DNA of 64,000 nt, from the NCBI GenBank assembly GCA_963818475.1, contig CAWFSF010000005.1:480001-544000 (forward strand), given 5' to 3'. The DNA is from Nitrospirota bacterium. Lineage in GTDB: Bacteria > Nitrospirota > UBA9217. The position numbers and the translations under genes are program-made. The notes beneath the pieces are model-generated. The model made no database searches, was not told the DNA's origin, and worked only from the letters and a program-made list of their open reading frames with translations. Below, piece by piece: positions 40,392-49,793 of this stretch (its first letter is position 1; each line of letters begins with the position of its first letter).

Positions 40392-41585
40392 CGTCATCCT
40401 GCTTTTTGCCGCACGGAGCATACGGCTCTTCGCCTACGGTGCGCTGTCGGTCGTGCTCGCCCTCTATCTGCATGAAGCAGGCCTTTCGAGCGCGGACATC
40501 GGGCTTCTGTTCACGCTCACCCTGGCCGGCGATGCGGGGATAACGCTCTGGATCACGACCACTGCTGACCGGTTCGGCAGAAAGAAGATGCTCCTGCTGG
40601 GCGCCGGGCTCATGGTCATGGCCGGCGTCGTGTTCAGCCTGACCGGAAATATCGTTCTTCTGATGATCGCGGGCATCATCGGCGTCATCAGCCCGAGCGG
40701 GAACGAGATCGGACCTTTTCTTTCACTGGAGCAGGCAGCACTTTCGCAAATGCTCTCCGCAGAACAGCGGACCCGTGCCTTTGGCTGGTACAACCTTGCC
40801 GGATCTCTTGCAGCGGCAGCAGGCGCGCTTGCAGGAGGTTTTCTTTCACAATCACTGATAAATTCCGGTCTGTCTGAACTCGAATCCTATCGCGCCGTCA
40901 TCCTCGGTTATGCAGCATGCGGGATCGTCCTCATGACCGTTTTCTCTGTTCCTTTCGCCGGCAGTGGAAGCAGCGGCAGCAACGGTGACAGCAAGGGAGC
41001 GGGTGCTCGGGCTCCACAAGTCAAAGAGAGTAGTGCTGAAACTCTCTGCGCTCTTTGCCCTCGACGCCTTTGCAGGCGGGTTCGTGATCCAGAGCATGGT
41101 GGCCTACTGGTTCCATATCAAATTCGGTCTTGATGCCGGCGTCCTGGGCAGCATCTTCTTCGGCGCGAACATCTTGGCAGGCGTGTCCGCCCTGCTCGCC
41201 GTACGGATCGCGAACCGGATCGGGTTGATCAGCACCATGGTGTACACGCACATCCCGTCGAATGTGCTGCTCTGCCTTGTTCCGCTCATGCCGAACCTCG
41301 GCCTTGCCATTACGGTGCTCTTGCTCCGCTTCAGCATCTCGCAGATGGACGTTCCCACGCGCCAGTCCTACACCATGGCAGTCGTTGATCCCGACGAACG
41401 GTCTGCGGCATCAGGTGTCACGACCATCGCCCGTTCGATAGGAGCGGCCGCATCGCCATTCCTGGCCGGGGTCTTTCTGGCTTCCCCGGTTCTCCTGAGC
41501 TGCGCCGTTTCTTGTTGCCGGCGGCCTCAAGATCGTCTATGACCTGCTGCTGTACCGGAATTTTAAGAAAGCGGATGTGCGGTGA
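40372..41585 (+). CDS. MFS transporter (indels near 40950 and 41500)
   Basis: TADRFGRKKML, SPSGNEIGPF, LFALDAFAGG, SQMDVPTRQSYTMAVV. Confidence 0.88.
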
Positions 41586-41606
41586 TGCGGAATTCCTGAT
41601 CGCGTT

Positions 41607-42190
41607 CTAACGGAAGATAATTTGAAGCAGCAGATGCGTGGGCAGATAAACAAGAAGGGAAAATCCGATCATCAGCAGGAACAGATACACAAGCGCCGGC
41701 AACCGCTTCTGCGGCTCTGTGCCCGGGCCATGCACCCAGTTGATGTTCTGTGCGGGGTCCGTAAGCAGGTAGGTCAGGGGAAGAACGATCGCAGGCAAGG
41801 ATCGTCTGCGCGAGCCAGGCTTGCTTTGCATACCCGAGCCTGGCGATCATCCAGAGCAAGCAGCACGGGCAGGAACACATGGAACAGGGAGAGCGCCCTG
41901 AGGTAGAGCGGTTTTTGCGCATCGAACATATAGTCCGTCAGCCCGGCAAGCCGCCTGCCGGTCGCCAGACGGCCAAAGTAGGTCACATTCCAGAACAGTT
42001 CGGGCAGCAGGACCCCGACCGCCATCATGCTGGCGATCAGGCTGCTCTCGAACCACAGCGCAGGCACGGCGGCGAAGAGAGCGATATCCGAGAACCAGAG
42101 AAAGTTCCCAAGGCCGTACCTGACCGTATAGACCGCGGCGGTGAGAATGACGAAGAGTGTGTAGGATATTTTGAGCCAGAGAGGGATCAT
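41607..42190 (-). CDS. Conserved integral membrane protein (indels)
   Basis: YGLGNFLWFSDIAL...TDYMFD...LSLFH...NINWV. Confidence 0.75.
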
Positions 42191-42361
42191 GGTCTTTGGT
42201 GGTTCCTGCTTAAAGAATCTCTAAGAAGAACCTTCGACACGGAAGAATCGGATTAACGACGGATAGGGGCGGATACGTCAACAAAGAGAAGAACAAGGTG
42301 AAAAACCAAAGATTCTCTCCGTGTCTCCGTGCCTCCGTGGTAAATATGCCTTGTGACATCA

Positions 42362-43729
42362 TCATTCGATCCCGTATTTTTTCAACCTTCGCTTCAGCGT
42401 GGACAGGGAAATGCCGACAGCCCGCGCTGCGCGGCTGAAATTGCCTCCCTGCTGCTCGAGCGCGGCGAGGATGTGATTTTTCTCCAATTCGTCAAGGGTC
42501 GTCGACGACGTGCCCGTGGGCATGCTGCTTTTCTGCGCTTGCGGATGATGCACTGCTTTTGTTGGCAAGGTCTTCAAAAATTCCGAAGGCCGTATTTCCG
42601 AGCCATGCTGCAGGATAGCTGCCCGTTCGAGCACGTTTTTAAGCTCCCGGACATTGCCGGGCCAGTCATAGGACGTCAACTTTTCGATCTCGCCGTCTGC
42701 CAGAGCGACCTGCCTGCCCTTCGCTACAGTATTGATCAGAAATTCACAGAGTGCCGCCAGATCGTCCTTCCTGTCGCGCAGGGGAGGAAGGTGCAGCTTG
42801 ATCACGCCGAGCCGATAGTAGAGGTCCTCGCGGAATTTCTTCTGGCCGATGGCTCTTTCGAGGTCCACGCTGGTGGCGGCAATGACCCTGACCTGGGCGC
42901 GCAGCGCCGCCGTCCCGCCGAGCCGCCGGAACGTGCCGTCATCAAGAACGCCCAGCAGCTTTGCCTGGAGCGCCATGGGCATCTCGCCGATCTCGTCAAG
43001 GAAGATGGTCCCTCCTTCCGCCATCTCGAACATTCCTTTTTTGAGGCCTGCAGCGCCGGTAAAGGCGCCCTTTTCATGGCCGAAGAGCTCCGCCTCGATG
43101 AGACTCTCGGGAAGGGCTGCGCAGTTGATGCTGATGAACGGTGCATGCTGGTCCGGTCCGCAGTAATGAATGGAACGGGCTGCCACGTTCTTTCCTGATC
43201 CGGTCTCGCCGGTGATCAGTACGGGTGCGTCGGCGCCGGCTGCCAGATCGATGAGCCGCTGGATCTCTGCGATCTGGGCGCTGGTTCCGACGAGCACATT
43301 CTCTTCCCGCTCCCGTTCGGCCTGGTAATTCTGGAACTGCTCCACCTTTTCGAGGTCGAGCGTACGCAAAGCCTGTTTGATCGCCAGATCAAGCTCTTCG
43401 AGCTCAAAGGGTTTTGAAAGGTAGTCGAACGCCCCGGCCCGGACGGCCTTGACCGCGTTCTCAAAGCTCGGGAAGGCGGTGGTGAAAATGATCTTCGTCT
43501 GGCTGTTGTAGTTCAGAATGGAAGAGCAGAGGTCGGCGCCTTCGGCGTCCGGCAGCTGCTGGTCGAGCAGCACAACGTCGATCATATTTTTTGAACAGAG
43601 CGCCAGGCAGTCCTTGCCGGTATGAGCGACATGGATCGCGATTTCGTCGGACTGCAGGTAGTCCCTGAGTGACGCGCAGAAGTTCCGGTCATCGTCCACG
43701 ATCAGGATGTTTTTTCGGGATCTATGCAT
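42362..43729 (-). CDS. sigma54-dependent NtrC-family response regulator
   Basis: REC, GETGSGK, ELFGHEKGAFTGA, YDWPGNVRELKN, Fis-type HTH. Confidence 0.95.
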   Translation of the reverse strand: MHRSRKNILIVDDDRNFCASLRDYLQSDEIAIHVAHTGKDCLALCSKNMIDVVLLDQQLPDAEGADLCSSILNYNSQTKIIFTTAFPSFENAVKAVRAGAFDYLSKPFELEELDLAIKQALRTLDLEKVEQFQNYQAEREREENVLVGTSAQIAEIQRLIDLAAGADAPVLITGETGSGKNVAARSIHYCGPDQHAPFISINCAALPESLIEAELFGHEKGAFTGAAGLKKGMFEMAEGGTIFLDEIGEMPMALQAKLLGVLDDGTFRRLGGTAALRAQVRVIAATSVDLERAIGQKKFREDLYYRLGVIKLHLPPLRDRKDDLAALCEFLINTVAKGRQVALADGEIEKLTSYDWPGNVRELKNVLERAAILQHGSEIRPSEFLKTLPTKAVHHPQAQKSSMPTGTSSTTLDELEKNHILAALEQQGGNFSRAARAVGISLSTLKRRLKKYGIE

Positions 43730-44816
43730 CGCGGCCGCCTCTGCCTGCCGGCAGGTCCAGGGTGACCGTTGTTCCGGCGTCTTCCTGGCTGCCTATCTCG
43801 ATGGCGCCGTCCATTTTAAGCAGCATTTTCTTCACGATCACCAGCCCCAGTCCGGTCCCGTGGCTCTTGGTTGTGGAGAACGGCTGGAACAGGTGTTTCT
43901 TGTGCTCCTCCGGGATCCCCCTCCCATTGTCCATGATCCTGATGATGATCCTGTCTCCCGCCCGGAGCGTTCCGATCCCGATCACCGGGGAGACGACCCC
44001 CTCAAGCGCGTCGAAGGCATTCGTCAGGATGTTCAGCAGCACATGCTGCAGCGCCCGCGCATCGAAATAACCCCGGTCCGCGGCCGGACTGAACTGCGTT
44101 TTGATCTGGATCTTCTTGGCGCTGAAATCCCGCTCCACCATGGAAATGAAATTGTCCATGAACTGAACGATATCGACCTCTCCGCAGTCCGGGTTCTCGT
44201 ACATGCTGAAGTTCTTCAGGTCCTTAAGGAGCCCTTCAACACGGGTGACATCGGAGAGCACGCGGTCGATGAACTCAACCGTCGTTTCCCGGGAGTAGGA
44301 TGCCAGGTTTTTCTTCAACACGGTTATACTCGTTTTTATGGAGTTGATCGGGTTGCCCAGCTCGTGCCGGATGCCGGAAAAGATATAGCCGAGGTTGTTC
44401 ATGGTATTGACCGCTTCGGCGATCGCGTTGAGCCTCGTCTTTTCGGTAATGTCCGACAGGTAGATCCAGAGATAGGCGTCGGAAATAACATAGATGGAAT
44501 ACCCGATGAATTTGCGTCCGTAGGGCACGGTGCGGGATTCGTGAGAATGCGCCGAGATCATGGGCAGATCCATATCGGAAAGCAGCAGGGCTGCCAGCGC
44601 ATGGTAATCCTTCGGCTTGATGGTATCCTTGAAGATCTCTGTGGCAAGCTTGTTCTGAAAAAAGACCTCTTCCTTAACGATATCGAGGCCGACGATGCCG
44701 AGGCTGATATCATCCAGGATGTTCGCGTAAATGCATTCTCCCAGACAGGGAGTTTTGCTGATCGGGCAGTTCGTGCCGGTTCTCTTATGAGAACAGGTTT
44801 CCATGGTCATAGCCAC
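43722..44816 (-). CDS. Soluble histidine kinase with Cys-rich N-terminus and PAS-like domain
   Basis: RHELGNPIN, NAFDA, DNGRG, FQPFSTTK, GTGLGL; overlaps the cognate regulator. Confidence 0.9.
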   Translation of the reverse strand: MAMTMETCSHKRTGTNCPISKTPCLGECIYANILDDISLGIVGLDIVKEEVFFQNKLATEIFKDTIKPKDYHALAALLLSDMDLPMISAHSHESRTVPYGRKFIGYSIYVISDAYLWIYLSDITEKTRLNAIAEAVNTMNNLGYIFSGIRHELGNPINSIKTSITVLKKNLASYSRETTVEFIDRVLSDVTRVEGLLKDLKNFSMYENPDCGEVDIVQFMDNFISMVERDFSAKKIQIKTQFSPAADRGYFDARALQHVLLNILTNAFDALEGVVSPVIGIGTLRAGDRIIIRIMDNGRGIPEEHKKHLFQPFSTTKSHGTGLGLVIVKKMLLKMDGAIEIGSQEDAGTTVTLDLPAGRGGRDA

Positions 44817-45069
44817 CCCTTATCGCCTCCCCCGTACAGACGCCGGTGTGCAGGCAGAACAAGTGCCCTTCCCTGAGCGGTCACGGGAGTTTAGCTTTTC
44901 CGTCTTGGGCTAAAGCGCCTTGTGAAGGGAGAGTACAATAAAAAATGAGAAATGTGAAGAAAAAAGGGGGCAAAACAATGAGGGCCCACGTAATGGGAGA
45001 ACGTCCGTCGGGCGTTGTTACGATCGATGAAGCCGAACGAATGGCCGATCGCCGGTTTCCTTCATGAAA

Positions 45070-45128
45070 AACTAACGCGAGGCTGAGGGGCGCGTTTTCA
45101 GCGACCCTCTCGAGCGTTCTTGTTAGCC
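45070..45128 (-). mobile_element. Integron attC site 1 (59 bp)
   Basis: Minus strand GGCTAAC...GCTCGAG...CTCAGC...GTTAGTT with one unpaired base in L''; CGGC gene stop lies within R''. Confidence 0.82.
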
Positions 45129-45566
45129 CTCTTCGTCTTTGTTCAAAATGATATCAACCATGGTTTTCCGTGGTTGGCGGAATAGTTTTTTAACGCGTCG
45201 GCGGAATTCTTCCGGCGTAGCATGTTCTTCGTGGGTACCGATCACAATTCTGATATTGGGAAATGATTCTTCGAGTGCTTCTTTGTATTTTTCTTTGAAC
45301 GGACAGAGTGCTTTGACACAATAAGAAAAATGGATCGTATCAACGCCGAAATCAGTTAACGCACGGATCCTTCCGATCAACTTGTCCGGGCCGGTAAGCG
45401 TCGGGCAGCCAGGGCAATTAATGATGCCGGCCAATGTGAGCTTTTCATCCTCAGGATATTCGGCGAACGTGCCTTTTCGCTTCCGGAAATCCGCGAGGCA
45501 GCTTACCGATGAGCAGCCAAGGTCTTGAGTAGCATTTGAGCAGGTCAAAATACCGATTTTTGCCAT
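45123..45566 (-). CDS. CGGC-domain protein (gene cassette)
   Basis: KIGILTC...C...C...GIINCPGC...IHFSYC...CP...VIGTH; AAGGAG RBS. Confidence 0.85.
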   Translation of the reverse strand: MAKIGILTCSNATQDLGCSSVSCLADFRKRKGTFAEYPEDEKLTLAGIINCPGCPTLTGPDKLIGRIRALTDFGVDTIHFSYCVKALCPFKEKYKEALEESFPNIRIVIGTHEEHATPEEFRRRVKKLFRQPRKTMVDIILNKDEEG

Positions 45567-45588
45567 ATGCCATACTCCTTATTATTGT

Positions 45589-45644
45589 GGCTAACACGAG
45601 CGTGTAGGGCGCGGTTCTCAGCGACCCTTACGCGCAGGTTGGAA
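45589..45644 (-). mobile_element. attC site 2 (degenerate)
   Basis: TTCCAAC...GTTAGCC; core resembles attC1 (agggtcgctga.aa.gcgccc); its R' is complementary to the R'' of attC1. Confidence 0.7.
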
Positions 45645-45688
45645 TCATCTGATGTCACCAGACGACAGCACGGAGCACATGATAATTA

Positions 45689-46327
45689 TCACGGCTTGAA
45701 TGCAGATATCAGCGTATATACGCCGAAGACTTTTTCTTTTACCGAAATATTGACGAGATTCTCAGTGATGTAGTTCAATATGGCTTTATTTGGTTTCGCG
45801 CCTACAATTATTGACTTTGCATACATATAAATATTTGCAAAGGGATGATACCAACGTGAACTAAGGGGGATTGAATCAAGGATAATCAGTTGCCCGCCTG
45901 TTTTTAAAATCGAAAGAGCCTTTTTTAAAGCCTTAATCGAATCTGGAATTGCTGTTAGCGCTAAACAGAAAACTACAGCATCAACTTCTTTCTCCGGCTT
46001 GAAATCATACATATCCATGCATTCAAATTGAGCATTGGGCCACTTGTTTTGATCTTTCTTACGATTTGCAATTGCAATCATTTCTTTGGAAAAATCAATT
46101 CCGATAATTTTAGCTTGTTCTGGGACTTTTTTTAAGAGACAGGGTATGACTGAGGCGGGACCACAACCCAATTCGACGACTGTTGCGCCGGAGGGTATTT
46201 TGAGGCAAGCGGCAACTTCACGATATAGTCGGCTCGCTTGCCCAAGACTCATAAGATAAGCAATGAAATCATAGCTCGATGCAGCAAGATCATACTTTTT
46301 CACATTTGAAATCTGCCGAATATCCAT
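45689..46327 (-). CDS. Class I SAM-dependent methyltransferase (cassette)
   Basis: VVELGCGPA, GIDFSKEM, LKTGG; lower GC than flanks. Confidence 0.88.
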   Translation of the reverse strand: MDIRQISNVKKYDLAASSYDFIAYLMSLGQASRLYREVAACLKIPSGATVVELGCGPASVIPCLLKKVPEQAKIIGIDFSKEMIAIANRKKDQNKWPNAQFECMDMYDFKPEKEVDAVVFCLALTAIPDSIKALKKALSILKTGGQLIILDSIPLSSRWYHPFANIYMYAKSIIVGAKPNKAILNYITENLVNISVKEKVFGVYTLISAFKP

Positions 46328-46408
46328 GTTCTCACCTCACCTTTTTTTATATGTTCAGCAGCTTGACCGTCTGGAACTGCTGGCTGGCGTAGAGCGGGAT
46401 CTTGCCGG

Positions 46409-46465
46409 AGCTAACACGGCGCTGACGCGCCGCATGGCGCGTCGCAGTCGAGCGCCAGGTTATAA
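46409..46465 (-). mobile_element. attC site 3
   Basis: TTATAAC...GCTCGAC...GTCAGC...GTTAGCT imperfect palindrome directly after a stop codon. Confidence 0.82.
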
Positions 46466-46816
46466 TCAGTTATATTTAGTTTTCAGGACGGCGTTCAGTT
46501 GAGTTCTGAGATCACTGTCAAGTAGATAGTGATGAAGCAGACTATATAGGTCAATGTCACCATCCGAGCCATAGAGGTTTGTCACCAAAGTGAAAGCTCG
46601 AATACCAGCATCTATATTAGGACGGGTAAGCTTATTATTGAATTCATTTTCTCTGATGTTGTATTCGCTGAAATCTGGAATAATAATTTGATCACCCTCT
46701 AAATCTTTCAATGCCTTGCAGATTATATCTCTGGCTTTCTTTTCTTTCTGTCGGTTTTTGTTAAGGCTCATTTTTATCATCCTTTCTGACGTTTCTTTGC
46801 CATTATCTAAGTTCAT
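46466..46816 (-). CDS. Hypothetical protein, second gene of a two-gene cassette (start may be 46771)
   Basis: Low-GC ORF ending adjacent to attC3; AAAGGA RBS before the ATG at 46771. Confidence 0.6.
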   Translation of the reverse strand: MNLDNGKETSERMIKMSLNKNRQKEKKARDIICKALKDLEGDQIIIPDFSEYNIRENEFNNKLTRPNIDAGIRAFTLVTNLYGSDGDIDLYSLLHHYLLDSDLRTQLNAVLKTKYN

Positions 46817-47609
46817 GGGCGTCGGCGTCTGGTTTCAAATAATTGAGTACCTCAGTAGAAACGCCCGAAACATTTCGATGAATCTCTGATCCGGAAAACC
46901 TTAAAGTGGTAAAGCCTAACCCTTGCGTAACTCGATCCCTAGCTCTGTCCACAGTGAATGCATGTTTATTGCTGTGAAATTCATATCCATCGCACTCGAC
47001 CAGAATCTTTCTATTAGGGTTTCCGGGAATCCACAGCAAAATATCTGGGCGGATAGATTTTCCGTTTACGACAATATCTGGAAACTTTGGCTGCAATGTC
47101 ATATGCCAGCTATTTAGCAGAGACATATATACATAACGAAAAACCAATCGGTGAATAAATTCCCGCTCTGCAGACTCCATTGCTCCAGAAGCAACTTGTT
47201 TATTCAGGTAAGCGTCCAAACCATGGTAGGAACCATATTGCGTTTTATACCATTCGATGAATTCAAAAAAATTCTTTAGATAGCTGCGGAATTCGGCAAT
47301 CTCATAATTGGTATCCTTATATATGTCATGGACGACAATTCCATATGGAAACCATTTGATGGACCCAAGAAGTAAAGAGCCTAAAAAAATTCTCTCAATA
47401 GGCGATTCACTTAATCGAATAATAGTCTCAACTGATTCATCAGTTACTGCGCCTAGCGCGATCCTATAGAATTTGAGAAAATCTGGATCATCCCCCATTT
47501 CCGGCTCTGAAGCTTTATTCACAAAAAAGCGAGCAAGCTCTCGAAACAACTCGTCGTTTTGTATGGTCGAACGTAAATCCAATCTATGCCTTTCAAATTG
47601 CAACGACAT
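46803..47609 (-). CDS. Protein with C-terminal DUF559/Vsr-like PD-(D/E)xK nuclease domain (cassette)
   Basis: ESPIE...RPDIL...VECDGYEFH...DRARDR...GFTTLRFSGSEI. Confidence 0.75.
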   Translation of the reverse strand: MSLQFERHRLDLRSTIQNDELFRELARFFVNKASEPEMGDDPDFLKFYRIALGAVTDESVETIIRLSESPIERIFLGSLLLGSIKWFPYGIVVHDIYKDTNYEIAEFRSYLKNFFEFIEWYKTQYGSYHGLDAYLNKQVASGAMESAEREFIHRLVFRYVYMSLLNSWHMTLQPKFPDIVVNGKSIRPDILLWIPGNPNRKILVECDGYEFHSNKHAFTVDRARDRVTQGLGFTTLRFSGSEIHRNVSGVSTEVLNYLKPDADAHELR

Positions 47610-47627
47610 AAGCTGCCGATCTTTCCT

Positions 47628-47683
47628 GAATAACAAGGAGTTCATACGCCGCGAAGCGGTCGGCGTGGAACGATGCGTTATGC
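47628..47683 (-). mobile_element. attC site 4
   Basis: GCATAAC...GTTCCAC...ATGAAC...GTTATTC. Confidence 0.8.
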
Positions 47684-47733
47684 GTCTTAGTGATATGCAG
47701 TTACACTTCCGACCGCTGAAACCAAATTTAATT

Positions 47734-48396
47734 TTACACTTCTGCTCTGAATATTGCCATGCAACCAATAAGGTCTATATTTACATTCTTAAAACGTTTT
47801 GATAATTCCTCCATCAGTTCGTCATAACCATCTTCGAGATTTGAAAAAGTTTTGTCCTTATTCGCCATATGAATCACAAATTTTGCAGCTGAATTCTTTT
47901 TTACGTTTTTATTTAATATAGTGCACCCAAAGACAACGCCTCCAGGATTCATTACCTGCTTTGCATTATCAAAAACAACTCCTTTGTCCTTCATTGTTCC
48001 GGGAATACAATGGAGCAATCCATTTAAGGCTACTGAATCAAATCGTCGAGGGCCTGTATCAAAGGGTTCGAATACGTCTCTGCAATATACCTCGGGAGAA
48101 TATCGTTCAACGCGTTTCCCTGTGACTTCGAGACAATTTTGATTAAGATCCAACAATGCAAGTCGCGGCGTTTTTGTTGGGAACTCACAATAGTCGAGCA
48201 TATAGCCGGTTCCTACTCCCGCATCAAGATGATTTGCAGAGATATTCCGATTATAGTTTTCCAGTATAAAATGAGAAGGACATTTCCAGATAAAACGACA
48301 GTTTATCCCGAGAATCAGGAAATCGTAGAATGATAAAAAAAACTTACTATATATGGCTTGTCCGGCTTTAATTGCTTCTTTGGTAACATTTGCCAT
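47734..48396 (-). CDS. Class I SAM-dependent methyltransferase (cassette)
   Basis: HLDAGVGTGY, LLDLN, FDSVALNGLLHCIPG; AAAGGAG RBS immediately after the GTTATAA core. Confidence 0.88.
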   Translation of the reverse strand: MANVTKEAIKAGQAIYSKFFLSFYDFLILGINCRFIWKCPSHFILENYNRNISANHLDAGVGTGYMLDYCEFPTKTPRLALLDLNQNCLEVTGKRVERYSPEVYCRDVFEPFDTGPRRFDSVALNGLLHCIPGTMKDKGVVFDNAKQVMNPGGVVFGCTILNKNVKKNSAAKFVIHMANKDKTFSNLEDGYDELMEELSKRFKNVNIDLIGCMAIFRAEV

Positions 48397-48407
48397 GGTT
48401 GTCTCCT

Positions 48408-48467
48408 TTATAACACCCGCGTCACGCGCCGCCTTCTGGCGCGTCGCTGTGGACGCGTTTGTTAGAG
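48408..48467 (-). mobile_element. attC site 5
   Basis: CTCTAAC...GTCCAC...GTGAC...GTTATAA; upstream gene's TAA lies within R''. Confidence 0.82.
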
Positions 48468-49475
48468 GTCATCAATAATGCTTGCCATATATATGGCATA
48501 AACAGACATGTTAAAGAGTAGTAACGCAAGGAAAAGGAAAAAGAAGAGTCGACTTCTCAATACTATTCCTAGAGCAGCTAATAAAATGTATAGACCATAG
48601 ATAAGAATAATTGCTATAGTCATGCCTCTGAAATGAACAATGTAGGCAAGTGATAGCGGGAAAAAAATTGCACCTTTAATCGCTTGACCTATGCCGCCTT
48701 TCACTAAAGGTATCATTGCAAGATTTGCTGCGACTACATAAGAGGCAATATAGAAATAAGACAGCTTTAACCTCGCAAGCGGATCACGCAAGACCTTCCA
48801 GCGAACCGGGATATCCGACCATCGCAACCATAACCAAAAGCCCAATAAGCAGACGATTCCAATCAAAGACAACAAAGCATTTCGAAATGGGCGCGATTGC
48901 TTGATGATTTTTCCCGAGCGAAGATCGAAAAAGAAGCTATTCTTATCTTTGGTGGTTACTTCGTACGTTAAATTTACATCATTCAGGTGGCCTTCTTCGA
49001 ACCATTGGAAATGTGACACTGAGTGGGGAAGGAGCAGTTCGATACTAATCAACTGACTGATTTCATATGTTTGCATAAGTTTTCCGTTTGCAAAGAAACT
49101 CAATGCTTCTTCGTCAAGCGACGATGGCCAGGGGCCAAGACGAACTAAATGAATTCCGTCAGATGAGACATGTACTCGTCCTGCCCACCAGTCAACTGTC
49201 CAGAGCGGAGTCCCGGAGCCATCTAGTTTGTAGAGACCGCTCTCGCGGTATTGTTGACGGATCTCTCGTATTTCCTTTTCGACCGAATCAATCCAGCCGA
49301 TGGCATCCTCTTTTGGCGGCAGTGGATATATCATTGCAAAAATGAATTTTCCATTTGGCGAAACTACGGTGTAGGAATGCCCCTTGCCAACTGTATCGGC
49401 AATAGATGGGGAACTGCACAAGAGCATTGCTGACACCACTAGAAGAATAAAATATTTGCAATGACTAATTCGCAT
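48462..49475 (-). CDS. Hypothetical exported/membrane protein (first cassette)
   Basis: Signal peptide, beta-rich domain, C-terminal TM helices; GTTAGTC core site 16 nt upstream. Confidence 0.7.
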   Translation of the reverse strand: MRISHCKYFILLVVSAMLLCSSPSIADTVGKGHSYTVVSPNGKFIFAMIYPLPPKEDAIGWIDSVEKEIREIRQQYRESGLYKLDGSGTPLWTVDWWAGRVHVSSDGIHLVRLGPWPSSLDEEALSFFANGKLMQTYEISQLISIELLLPHSVSHFQWFEEGHLNDVNLTYEVTTKDKNSFFFDLRSGKIIKQSRPFRNALLSLIGIVCLLGFWLWLRWSDIPVRWKVLRDPLARLKLSYFYIASYVVAANLAMIPLVKGGIGQAIKGAIFFPLSLAYIVHFRGMTIAIILIYGLYILLAALGIVLRSRLFFFLFLALLLFNMSVYAIYMASIIDDL

Positions 49476-49500
49476 TTGACCAATTCCTCAGACTAACCAG

Positions 49501-49775
49501 GTAACATGTAAAAAGGGGGCAAACCCTCAGGTACAATGGTGGTATGAGAACCCACATTCCGCCTGAAAGGAGGCTCCCTTATGAACTACGTCGGAATAGA
49601 TTATCACAAGAAGTACAGTGTTGTCACGGCAGTTGATGAAAATGGCCATGTGATCCGCACCACTCGATTAGATAATAGATCTGAGCCATTTCAAACATTC
49701 TTCAGCAGCCTGGATGGTCCGAGCGAGGCTGTTCTTGAAGCAACCCGGACCTGGGGTGTGCTCTATGACCTGCCT
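49501..49775 (+). pseudogene. Truncated IS110/IS1111-family element (left end plus 5' transposase fragment, ATG 49581)
   Basis: YVGIDYHKKYSVV...AVLEAT..W DEDD N-terminus, about 64 codons, then unrelated sequence. Confidence 0.78.
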
Positions 49776-49793
49776 GGGCAGCCAAGGGCAGCC

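Noticed and set aside
45070-48467. CRISPR array interpretation of the recurring GC-rich palindromes
   Set aside because: The units are non-identical, separated by whole genes and have attC box structure; no cas genes are present
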